NCBI GenBank assembly: GCA_965248575.1
Contig: CBDFJQ010000002.1
Span: 1,376,001 to 1,440,000, forward strand
Reading direction: 5' to 3'
From: Planctomycetota bacterium
GTDB taxonomy: Bacteria; Planctomycetota; B15-G4
DNA: 64,000 bases
In this document: positions 9,218-17,946 of the stretch, piece after piece
How positions within the stretch are numbered: position 1 is the stretch's first letter
How the letters are laid out: the number at the start of each line of letters is the position of its first letter
The notes under the pieces: generated by a model
The model's database searches: none
What the model saw: the letters and a program-made list of their open reading frames with translations, nothing else
What the model was told of the DNA's origin: nothing
Made by a program: the position numbers and the translations under genes

Positions 9218-9966
9218 TCCAACTCGAGAACGTTCACAAGTCCTTTGGCGATCTGCACATCTTGCGCGGCGTCGACCTCACCCTCGAAAGTGGCGAGACG
9301 CTCGTGGTCCTGGGCCTCTCGGGCACGGGCAAGAGCGTCACCTTGAAGCACATGGTGGGCTTGCTGAAACCCGATTCGGGGCGCATCACCGTGGACGGCG
9401 TGGACGTACCCACCGCGAACGGTGAGCAGCTGCGGGATATCCGCCGCAAGGTCGCCTACCTCTTCCAGACGGGTGCGCTCGTGAACTGGATGAGCGTCCG
9501 CGACAACGTGTCCCTGCCGCTGGTTGAGAAGCGCTCGCTGCCCCCTGGCGAGATCCGTGAGCGCGTAGACGAATCGCTGCAGTCGCTCGACATGTTGGAG
9601 GCGGCCGAGCGCATGCCGGCCGAGATCTCCGGCGGCATGCGCAAGCGAGCGGCCCTGGCCAGGGTGCTCGTCGCCCAACCCAAGGCCATCCTCTACGACG
9701 AACCCACCGCGGGCCTCGACCCCATCATGGCGCGCACCGTGGGCCACCTCATCCGGGACGTCCAATCGTCCGGTGATCGCACCGCCATGGTGGTCACGCA
9801 CGACCTCGAACTCGCCTTCGCGGTCGCCACCCGCATCGGGCTCCACTTCGAGGGCCAGCTCATCGAGCTCGCGCCCCCGGACGAATTCAAGCAGAGCAGT
9901 CACCCCATCATCCGCGCCTTCCTCGACGGCAGCACCACCGTCGAGGGGGAGGGACTCAAGAAGTGA
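9214..9966 (+). CDS. mlaF: MlaF-family ABC ATPase
   Basis: GLSGTGKS, ISGGMRKRAALAR, ILYDEPTAGLDP, VVTHD. GTG start overlaps the mlaE TGA. Confidence 0.93.
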   Translation: MIQLENVHKSFGDLHILRGVDLTLESGETLVVLGLSGTGKSVTLKHMVGLLKPDSGRITVDGVDVPTANGEQLRDIRRKVAYLFQTGALVNWMSVRDNVSLPLVEKRSLPPGEIRERVDESLQSLDMLEAAERMPAEISGGMRKRAALARVLVAQPKAILYDEPTAGLDPIMARTVGHLIRDVQSSGDRTAMVVTHDLELAFAVATRIGLHFEGQLIELAPPDEFKQSSHPIIRAFLDGSTTVEGEGLKK

Positions 9967-11177
9967 AGAACCGCAACAACGACGCAATCCTGGGCATCGT
10001 GTTCTTTGGCGCCTTGATCGGCCTGGGCGTCATGACGATCGTGCTCTCAGACTTTGCCCTCGGCGCGGAGACCTTCCGCGTGAAGGTCTACGCCACCGAC
10101 ATCGGCTACCTGCGAGCAGGCGACCCTATCCTTCTGCATGGCATGGCCGCCGGCAAGGTGGAGGAGATCAACCGGCTCCCGCAGCCGCTGCTCATCGCCG
10201 AGCCCCACGACTCCAGCGGCGCGAGCCCAGGCGAGGCCAACTGCACGGTGGAGGTTCAGCTGAAGATGGAGGTGGACCCCTATCTCTACCTGCGCCAGGA
10301 CTACGACATCCTGATCGAGGACCTGGGCCTGCTGGGCGGCAAGATGGTGCGCATGGTCGTGGGGAGAGCAGACGTCTTCATCCCCAAAGGCCAACAGCTC
10401 TACGCCTTGGCCCCCCCGTCGGCCGTCCAGGCTGCCAGCGAGATCCTCGAAGAGAACCGGGCCGACATCCGGGACGCCATCGCCCAGATCAACGAGTTTG
10501 CCGAGAAGGCGAACCGGGGTGAGGGCACCCTGGGCCTGCTCATGAATGACGCCGAGACGCGGGCGCGCATCGAGGGCATCATCGACGACATCACCACGGT
10601 GGGCGATAGCCTGACCAACGGCGAGGGGACCATGGGCAAGCTGCTCAACGACAGCGCACCCTTCGACGACTTGAAGGTGGCCATGGCCGATGCTCGCAGC
10701 TTCACTGACCGCATCCGCAAGGGTGAAGGCACCGTGGGCAAGATGATCCAGGACGACACCATCTACGAGGACATCCGTTCGCTGACAGAAGAGGCGCGGA
10801 CAGGGCTCTCAGGCATCTGGGATGGCGAAGGAACCCTGGGCAAGCTGATCAACGACGACGCCCTCTACGCACAGGCCGAAGAGTTCATGGCGGATCTGCT
10901 CGAGATTGCCGAGAAGGTCTCCGACGGCGAGGGCACGCTCGGCCGTCTGCTCAATGACGCCCAGCTCTACGATGACGTGGTGGCCTTCGTGAACGATGCG
11001 AGGGTCGTGTTCAGCGATCTGCGCGATGGCAAGGGGCTTGTGGCCGCGCTCATCAACGACGAAGAGCTACTCGACGACTTCCGCTCCATCCTGAGCCAGG
11101 TGCTTGGGGCCATCGAGGACGCCCGGGAAACGACGCCCGTCACCAGCCTCGGATCCTTCCTGTTCGGCACCTTCTAG
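9963..11177 (+). CDS. mlaD: MlaD/MCE-domain protein with long helical repeat extension
   Basis: N-terminal TM, MCE motifs (LRAGDPILLHGMAAGKV; GLLGGKMV) and six GEGT[LMV]G[KR]L[LI]ND-type repeats. Confidence 0.88.
   Translation: MKNRNNDAILGIVFFGALIGLGVMTIVLSDFALGAETFRVKVYATDIGYLRAGDPILLHGMAAGKVEEINRLPQPLLIAEPHDSSGASPGEANCTVEVQLKMEVDPYLYLRQDYDILIEDLGLLGGKMVRMVVGRADVFIPKGQQLYALAPPSAVQAASEILEENRADIRDAIAQINEFAEKANRGEGTLGLLMNDAETRARIEGIIDDITTVGDSLTNGEGTMGKLLNDSAPFDDLKVAMADARSFTDRIRKGEGTVGKMIQDDTIYEDIRSLTEEARTGLSGIWDGEGTLGKLINDDALYAQAEEFMADLLEIAEKVSDGEGTLGRLLNDAQLYDDVVAFVNDARVVFSDLRDGKGLVAALINDEELLDDFRSILSQVLGAIEDARETTPVTSLGSFLFGTF
10518..11060 (+). repeat. Six 34-aa (102-nt period) repeats in MlaD
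   Basis: GEG/GKG codons start at 10518, 10620, 10722, 10824, 10926 and 11028, exactly 102 nt apart. Confidence 0.9.
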
Positions 11178-11181
11178 CCGG

Positions 11182-12606
11182 TCAGGCCTCGCCAGCGGTG
11201 GACAGCAAGCCGATGTAGCGTCGGAAACGCTGCAGCAGCAATTGCGGCCGGCGCAGCTCGCGCATGATGCGCGAGGGGCGCATGTAGAAGCTCCGGTAGG
11301 CCCGGCGGATGGCTGCGGACACCTGCTCGCTGCTCATGACCTTGGCCACACCCACAGGCGTGGTGCCCGTGAACTTGTCGAAGTCGAACTCGTCCTCCTG
11401 CTCGGCCCGGCTCTCCTTGTAGAGCTTTGTGTCCGGGTACGGCGTCACCACCGTGAACTGGACGGTGTCGGGGTCGAGGTAGATCGCCAGGTCGATGGTC
11501 TCACGTGCCATCGCCGGGGTCTCCTCCGGGAAGCCGATCATGAAGAAGCCGCGCGTGGCAATGCCATGCTTCTTACAGGACTCCATGACGACCTTGGCGT
11601 GCTCGTGGCTCTTGATCTTGCCGCGGCTGTACTTCTTCTGCAGCCCTTCGTTGCCGGCCTCGATGCCGAAGGAGACCGAGACGCAGCCGCCGCGCGCCAT
11701 GGCGGCGATGAGCTCGTCGTCCATGGTCTTGATGGCCGTCTCACACTGCCAGAGCACGCCGAGCTTTGCCTGTTCCAGCATGGCGCTCAGCTCGATGACG
11801 CGGTCGCGGTCGTAGGCAAACAAGGGGTCCCGGAACACGATGTTGGTCACACCTTGCTCGTGAACGATTTGTTTCAGCTCGTCGAACACATTGACGGCTG
11901 ATCGGCCACGCCACGGAATGCCCTGCGCAACCACGTACCCGCAGTACGTGCAGTTGATGGGGCAACCCCGGGAGGACTGCACCGTCTGGATGGGCCCCTC
12001 CATCGTGGGGATGCGGTACGGCTCCACGGGCAACAGTGCGCGCGAAGGGAAGGGCAAGGCATCCAAGGCGTCACCGCGCAACAGCGGGCGGTCCGGGTTG
12101 CTGCTGGCCCCGCTCCCACGACGCACCGTCAGGCCATCCACGGCCAGGGGGTCCTCCCCCGCCTCAAGAGCCTTGAGCATCTGCTCAATGGTCAGCTCCG
12201 GCTCGCCGCGCACCACCGCGTCCACCTGCGAACCCGCCATGGCCAGGTCCGGCACCTTGCTGCCCTGGCTGCCCGTGATGCAGACCACGCTGTCCGGGGA
12301 CACCTCTTTGATGCGATCGACCAACGCCAGATCCAGCGAGATGGTCGCGCTGGACGTCGCCAGGACCACCAACGGCGAGGGGTGGGCCGCCAGTGCCTCC
12401 AGCACCACGCTGTCGTCCGATCCGTCCGCCTCGGCGTCCACGACGCTGGCCTGGTGACCCGCCCGCTCCACGATGGCCGCCACGTAGAGCAGGTCCAGGG
12501 GCGGATAACAGAGCCCTTCACCCACGACCATGCCAAAACCGCCCATGAGCCCTCGGCTCACGCGCTGACTAGGAGGTGGTGGTGGATTGACGAGCAAGAC
12601 GTGCAT
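11182..12606 (-). CDS. B12-binding-domain radical SAM protein
   Basis: N-terminal YPPLDL...VVRGEPE cobalamin-binding region; SSRGCPINCTYC (CxxxCxxC); FGIEAG; FFMIGFPEET. Confidence 0.9.
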   Translation of the reverse strand: MHVLLVNPPPPPSQRVSRGLMGGFGMVVGEGLCYPPLDLLYVAAIVERAGHQASVVDAEADGSDDSVVLEALAAHPSPLVVLATSSATISLDLALVDRIKEVSPDSVVCITGSQGSKVPDLAMAGSQVDAVVRGEPELTIEQMLKALEAGEDPLAVDGLTVRRGSGASSNPDRPLLRGDALDALPFPSRALLPVEPYRIPTMEGPIQTVQSSRGCPINCTYCGYVVAQGIPWRGRSAVNVFDELKQIVHEQGVTNIVFRDPLFAYDRDRVIELSAMLEQAKLGVLWQCETAIKTMDDELIAAMARGGCVSVSFGIEAGNEGLQKKYSRGKIKSHEHAKVVMESCKKHGIATRGFFMIGFPEETPAMARETIDLAIYLDPDTVQFTVVTPYPDTKLYKESRAEQEDEFDFDKFTGTTPVGVAKVMSSEQVSAAIRRAYRSFYMRPSRIMRELRRPQLLLQRFRRYIGLLSTAGEA

Positions 12607-12773
12607 GGGGCGGCGTGGATCCTATCAGGCTGCTCGCCAGAGTCGACGAGAGGCCTTCTTTCGCGCGTTTTCACCACCCAACTTGAGGCATCTAAGTGCG
12701 TTGATATCAAAGGCTTAACCAAAGTCATCCAGAAGCACGTCCGAAGAAAGGTGTTCGAAACTTCATTGTCACT

Positions 12774-15700
12774 TTGGACGGAGAGGAGCCGGGCCAGCAA
12801 AGCGATCTGCTGGACGACTCCGCGCAAGCCACCTTGAACGACTCACATCGGGCCTCAGCGAGGCCCTTTTTCCATTTCGCCGGCGCAGCGACGCTTCTGA
12901 CCCTCGTGGCCCTGGCCGCCGTGGTCGTGGAGCCCAGCGAGGCCCCGACGTCCTCGTCCGCAGGCATCAACTCGAGCGCAGCCTTGGCACTTGGCTCTGC
13001 AGGCGCAGCCTCAGAACGACCTGGGCTGGAGTTGCCCTCGGACGGTGACCAGGCTCGCAACACCCGGCTGGAGTTGTTTGACCGGAAGCCTAGCCAAAGC
13101 GTGCCGCTGCTCGTGGACGACCCTCAGCTTGGCGCCGAGCTGACGGGCAAGGAACAGAAGAAGCTGAACAAGCTGGCCAAGAAGTGGGCCAAGACAGGCG
13201 GAAAGATCGCCAAGAAGGAAGCGCTCGTGGTTCAGCGCATTGGCGAACTCGCCGCCGCTCAGGCCGCCCTCGTCGCAGCCAATGCCCTCCCGGACGGAAC
13301 GCCTGAAGAGCTGACCCAGAAGGCGAAGGCCATCAAGAAGGCCGAGAAGAAGCTGCTCAAGGCACAAAAGAAGCTGCTCAAGGCACAGACCAAGTTGGTG
13401 GGCCTCAACTCCAAGCTCACGGCCTTTGTCGCGGCCATCGATGAGGTCGACCCTGGCTACTTCGAGAGCCAGACGGGCCCCCCACCGGAGCCCGATCCGG
13501 ACCCGACGGGCGAGCCGGACCCCGACCCCGCCACCAACCCCGGACCCGACTTCCAAGGCGCCGGCGTGCCCACCCTGCCCGTCTTCGTGCAGGAAGCCCG
13601 GCCGAGCAACGGCACGGGGGTCACCCGCGCTGGAGACATCGCCACCTTCGGCATCCCATTCTCCGAGGGAGACGTCGGCATCAAGTCGGGCCGCCCCGCC
13701 TTGGCCGTGTCCGGTGCGGACTCGTTTCAGTTCCGCACGCTGAAACTCTGGCCCGACGGCAGCGTCCAGTGGGCGCTCTGCGACCTGCAGACAGATGTCA
13801 CCGCCGGCGTCATCAGCCAAGGTCTCGTGGTGCTGGGTGGCGACGGCCAATCGGTCCAAGCCAACCTCGCTGACGAGAACGGCAGCTCAATCCAGATCGA
13901 CACCGGCCCGCTGCAGGCGACAGTCCTCAAGACCACGTTCAACTTCCTCGACAGCGTCACCGTCGACGGGACGCTGCTGGTCGACGGCCCCAGCGGCCGT
14001 GGCCTCACGGGGCGGGCACCCAACGGCGACCTGCTGGTCCCAGCCCTGACGACTGTCACGCTGGAAGAGAATGGCCCCACCCGCGCCATGATCCGCGTGG
14101 ACGGCACGATGGTGGACCCCGGCGCCGTGAAGTTTGTCGACTTCACCTTGCGCATCGTGGCACGCCGCGGCTCGCGCGACCTGGAAACGCAGCTCACGGT
14201 TCGCAACGCCAACATCGCTCGCCCCCAACACGCGGTGATCGAGTCCCTGGAGCTCTCCGTCGAGAGTCTGCTCGGGAGCAGTTCTAGCTCGGTGCGCATG
14301 GCCGGGCACGCTGGTGAGCACACCGGCATCCTGCTGTCGTCCCTGGACGCACACCTCTACCTGGCCCACACGGCCACCAACCAGGCGGGGCTGGGCGGGG
14401 CGCAGTATGTCCCCCACCTCCCCAACGTCAGCTCGGGGAGCAAGACGTTCACGCAGGAAGGCTACGAGGCCGCCATCGCCGGCTCCACGCTGCAGTCCCT
14501 GGGTAACGAGAACCTCTACCCCGAGCACGGATGGATCGACCTCACTGGCCCGAACGGCGGCGTGACGGTCGGCATCCGACAGGCCCCGTACATGTACCCG
14601 GTCTCGCTCGAGGCGTACGGTTCGGGCAAGGTCACGGCGGGCATGTTCAGCTCACACAACCCGGCCGACTTCACCTTCAGCTGGCAGCAGCACGAAAGCC
14701 GTTCGGCGGTGTTCTCGTTCCACACCGGAGTCGCAGCTGACCCCGAGGCTGTCGTGCGCCGGCTGGACTACCCCGTCGTAGGCCGCTTCGCGGACTACAA
14801 GGACTACGACCGCGCGGGCGTCTTTCCGTACCGCCTGCTCACCAAGCAAGAGCAGGAGGAAGCCCTCTCGCTGATGGGCATCAACCACAACATCAGCGTG
14901 GGCAACAACACCTTCCTCGTCACCAAGTACCTCTACAAGGGGACGACCGGCGGCACGAACAACCACGCGGGCATCGAGCTGCACCTCGGCGGCGATTGGT
15001 TGCGGCATGGCACAGGCGGCCAATACCTCTCCGCAATGAATCTGGCCCTCTACAAGTCGGAGTGGCAAGTCGCTCGTTCGGACAACTTCGAGGACGAAGA
15101 TGATCCGGGCGCCAGCAACGACCAGGTCCCCCACAGCGTGGGCTTCCAGAGTGACGACGAACATCGCTACCGCGATGGCATGATCCTGGCGTACCACCTC
15201 ACGGGTGACCGACGCCTGCGCGAAGCCCTCTACGACGAGGCCGAGGTCCTGCAGAGCGTGTCACTCTGGCCCCATGAGCGCTCGATGTACCAGACGCTGC
15301 GTGCCATGGGCCTGGTGGCGGAGTTCACGGGCGACCCAGCCCTGATCCCCACGCTGCGCGCACGCCTTCAGTACATCACGCAACCCACGGTCAACGTCAA
15401 CACGGCGAGCAGCGGTTGGGGTTGGGAAACCAGTCAGGACGTGGGCCAACGCCGCTACTTCGTCAACAGCTCGGACAACAAGAACGAGAAGCCGCCGGGG
15501 GAGAACTTCCAGTGCCGGGGCTTCATCTCCGCCAGCCTCGGGCCGCTCGGCTACTTCCACGCCGCACGCTTCTTCGCCTCCAATGACCCTGACGGCATGG
15601 CAGCCAGGGGCCGCATGCGCGACCTCTCCTACTGGGCGCGGGAAGAAATCTTCAGCAACGACCCCAACCCGGTGAATCGCCGCCTCATGTACTCGTACGC

Positions 15701-15923
15701 CGTGACGCAGCAACAGGTGACGAACTGGGAGAACGTCGACTTCCATCCGATCTTGTTGGGCATGGCGGAGAGCTACCTGGACACCACCGACATCGTCTAT
15801 CTGCTGCGCGGCGCCGACCAGCTCGAATCCGCGCAGGCGCACGGCGATCTCTACCGCTGGAACACGCGCATGGACTGCCAGCACTTCCTCGCCATCTACC
15901 GCGACTGGGCCCTCTCCCTCTAG
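12774..15923 (+). CDS. Large exported/anchored protein: Lys-rich coiled coil, Pro/Asp linker and YetA/PcRGLX (PL26-like) lyase-type region
   Basis: Hydrophobic N-terminal segment (FAGAATLLTLVALAAVVV), K-rich helices, PEPDPDPTGEPDPDP, then TFGIPF...LWPDGSVQW...IQIDTGPLQATV...EENGPTRA, recalling the YetA/PcRGLX N-terminal domains. True start may be downstream of 12774. Confidence 0.6.
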   Translation: MDGEEPGQQSDLLDDSAQATLNDSHRASARPFFHFAGAATLLTLVALAAVVVEPSEAPTSSSAGINSSAALALGSAGAASERPGLELPSDGDQARNTRLELFDRKPSQSVPLLVDDPQLGAELTGKEQKKLNKLAKKWAKTGGKIAKKEALVVQRIGELAAAQAALVAANALPDGTPEELTQKAKAIKKAEKKLLKAQKKLLKAQTKLVGLNSKLTAFVAAIDEVDPGYFESQTGPPPEPDPDPTGEPDPDPATNPGPDFQGAGVPTLPVFVQEARPSNGTGVTRAGDIATFGIPFSEGDVGIKSGRPALAVSGADSFQFRTLKLWPDGSVQWALCDLQTDVTAGVISQGLVVLGGDGQSVQANLADENGSSIQIDTGPLQATVLKTTFNFLDSVTVDGTLLVDGPSGRGLTGRAPNGDLLVPALTTVTLEENGPTRAMIRVDGTMVDPGAVKFVDFTLRIVARRGSRDLETQLTVRNANIARPQHAVIESLELSVESLLGSSSSSVRMAGHAGEHTGILLSSLDAHLYLAHTATNQAGLGGAQYVPHLPNVSSGSKTFTQEGYEAAIAGSTLQSLGNENLYPEHGWIDLTGPNGGVTVGIRQAPYMYPVSLEAYGSGKVTAGMFSSHNPADFTFSWQQHESRSAVFSFHTGVAADPEAVVRRLDYPVVGRFADYKDYDRAGVFPYRLLTKQEQEEALSLMGINHNISVGNNTFLVTKYLYKGTTGGTNNHAGIELHLGGDWLRHGTGGQYLSAMNLALYKSEWQVARSDNFEDEDDPGASNDQVPHSVGFQSDDEHRYRDGMILAYHLTGDRRLREALYDEAEVLQSVSLWPHERSMYQTLRAMGLVAEFTGDPALIPTLRARLQYITQPTVNVNTASSGWGWETSQDVGQRRYFVNSSDNKNEKPPGENFQCRGFISASLGPLGYFHAARFFASNDPDGMAARGRMRDLSYWAREEIFSNDPNPVNRRLMYSYAVTQQQVTNWENVDFHPILLGMAESYLDTTDIVYLLRGADQLESAQAHGDLYRWNTRMDCQHFLAIYRDWALSL

Positions 15924-16681
15924 GCGCCGCCATCGGCCTCGAGGGGCTTGCGCAACACGCCGTAGAGCGAGACACCAAAGGGCAGGTCCAGCCGCTTCTC
16001 GATGGCGATCTCTGTGCGAGTGATGAGCCCTGCCAGCCACTCGGCAGGCGCAGGCATGGGCACCGCGAAGTCCGACGTGGCTTCCTCAGGCGGTGTGGGC
16101 GAGAGCCCGCGCAATTTGCGCAGCGCCCAGACCGGAGGGAAGAGCGCCATCGAGCTGTAGCTCATGCGCTCCGTGACGAAGCCCGCTTGCTCGAGCCGCC
16201 CCCGCAGTTGCGGGCGGCGGTAGCGTCGATGGTGGTGATAGGCCTCATCGTGAGGGCTCCACAAGGCCATGAAGGCGGGGACCGTGGCGACCAGGACGCC
16301 ACCGGGGCGCAGCACCCGGTAAACCTCGCGCATGGCCGCCACGTCGTCCTCGAAGTGCTCGAAGGCATCCAGCGCCAACACCACATCGAAGCCGGCTTTG
16401 CGGAAGGGAAGCTCGAGCGCATCCCCTCGGACGATGCGATCGATCCCTCGCTCCCCGCACAGTCGGATCGTCTCCTCGGAGATGTCGATCCCCCTGATCT
16501 CTCCGTAGTCGGCGAGAAAACGGAAGCTCATGCCCGTGGCGCAGGCGAGGTCCAGGATCTGTAGCGGCCCCTGACGGGTCACGTAACGGTCCAAGGCCGC
16601 GCGCACGAGGGCCCGCCGTCCTTGGTACCACCAATGAGTTTCCTCAATGGCGAACATGCGATCGAACTCGGCAGTGTTCAC
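15920..16681 (-). CDS. Class I SAM-dependent methyltransferase (glycan-locus type)
   Basis: EETHWWYQGRR, ILDLACATG, FDVVLALDAFEH, TVPAFMALWSPHDEAYHHHRRY. GTG start overlaps the WecA stop. Confidence 0.88.
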   Translation of the reverse strand: MNTAEFDRMFAIEETHWWYQGRRALVRAALDRYVTRQGPLQILDLACATGMSFRFLADYGEIRGIDISEETIRLCGERGIDRIVRGDALELPFRKAGFDVVLALDAFEHFEDDVAAMREVYRVLRPGGVLVATVPAFMALWSPHDEAYHHHRRYRRPQLRGRLEQAGFVTERMSYSSMALFPPVWALRKLRGLSPTPPEEATSDFAVPMPAPAEWLAGLITRTEIAIEKRLDLPFGVSLYGVLRKPLEADGGA

Positions 16682-17877
16682 GGGGTGCCGTGTGCTCCAC
16701 CGGGGCCAGCTACTCTGCCGTCCGACGCCGGTGCTTCCCCATCGGTGGTGCTCTTGTTGCGGGGGTCCACGGGGCCTCCATGCTTCTCCATGGCGATGAT
16801 CTTGCGGGTGACCGCGATCATGAACAGGAAGCCACCAGCGAAGATCAGGTAACGGTAGGGGGCGCTGGTCTGGCGCGCCAGGATCCCGAGGTACGCGATG
16901 ATCAACGCCAGGCCCCACAGGATCACGACGGCCTCTGCGCTGCTGAACCCACCTCGCACCAAGCGATGGCTCAGGTGGTGGCAGTCACCCAGGTACACCG
17001 GCCGCTTCTCCTTGATCCGCATGAAGACCACGAAGGCCGCATCGAAGAGCGGAATGCCCATGAACAAGACGGCGGGGATCAGGTGGCTGGCGCCGAAGTC
17101 GTGACTGCCAACGCCCATGAAGCCCTTGACCAGGTCGAACTGCACCCACGCCATCCAGAACCCGATGAACATGCTGCCCGTGTCGCCCAGGAAGACCCGG
17201 CTGCGCGGAAAGTTGTAGGGCATGAAGCCCAGGACGGCGGCGAGCAGCACGACGGCCACGGTCATGGACCTGTAGCTGTCCGTGTTGGACATGTAGAGGA
17301 TGGCCGCCGCGAAGGAGATGACCGACAGACCGGACATCAGACCGTTCATGTTGTCCGAGAAGTTGAAGCTGTTGACGATGGTCAGATACCAACCCAGGAA
17401 GAAGAGCTGGTAGAGCCATTGCTCTGGACTCCCGCCGCCTGAGATCAGGTCTCTCAAAGTCGGCAGCATGAGCACGAGCACGCCCACGATCTGCCCCAAC
17501 AGCTTGGGCTCGAAGCCCATGGAGTCCTTGAAGATGTCGTCAACCAGCCCGATCAGGAAGATGACGATGCTGCCCGCTATCACGAAGCTGATGACGGAGA
17601 AGCGTAGTCCTTCATCACCCAGCTGGGACTCGGATTGGGTCCAGACCACGGCCAGGCCCGCCATGACGCCGCAGACGACACCCAGCCCGCCCAGCAAGGG
17701 GGTCACCTTCTCGTGGGTCTTGCGGCCCCCAGGCTTGTCCACGATCCCAAAGCGCCGTGCCAGGACGAGGAAGAGCGGAACGGTGACAAGAGCCACCGCA
17801 AGAGCCGCGCCAAAGCCCAAGGCAGCAATCCGAAGAACGGGTTCGTCGAACAAGGAGGAGGTGTCCCGGAAGTCCAA
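16678..17877 (-). CDS. WecA/TagO-like undecaprenyl-phosphate HexNAc-1-P transferase (MraY/WecA family)
   Basis: VDKPGGRKTH, TPLLGG, GLVDD, NSFNFSDNMNGL, VFLGDTGS, HHLSHRL; multiple TM helices. Confidence 0.9.
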   Translation of the reverse strand: MDFRDTSSLFDEPVLRIAALGFGAALAVALVTVPLFLVLARRFGIVDKPGGRKTHEKVTPLLGGLGVVCGVMAGLAVVWTQSESQLGDEGLRFSVISFVIAGSIVIFLIGLVDDIFKDSMGFEPKLLGQIVGVLVLMLPTLRDLISGGGSPEQWLYQLFFLGWYLTIVNSFNFSDNMNGLMSGLSVISFAAAILYMSNTDSYRSMTVAVVLLAAVLGFMPYNFPRSRVFLGDTGSMFIGFWMAWVQFDLVKGFMGVGSHDFGASHLIPAVLFMGIPLFDAAFVVFMRIKEKRPVYLGDCHHLSHRLVRGGFSSAEAVVILWGLALIIAYLGILARQTSAPYRYLIFAGGFLFMIAVTRKIIAMEKHGGPVDPRNKSTTDGEAPASDGRVAGPGGAHGTP

Positions 17878-17946
17878 GGTGACTCTATCCCGATCGGAGA
17901 ACCGCGGCCAGCTCTAGAGCCTGTCCGCTCCCAAATCCCGGCGCGC

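Noticed and set aside
6921..11177. Periodic repeats considered as a CRISPR array or DNA tandem repeat
   Set aside because: The repeats exist at protein level with diverged codons. There are no identical DNA repeats with unique spacers and no cas genes.
11182..12606. Hopanoid biosynthesis (HpnJ/HpnP) assignment for the radical SAM proteins
   Set aside because: No squalene-hopene cyclase or other hpn gene is in the window, so a subfamily cannot be assigned by eye.
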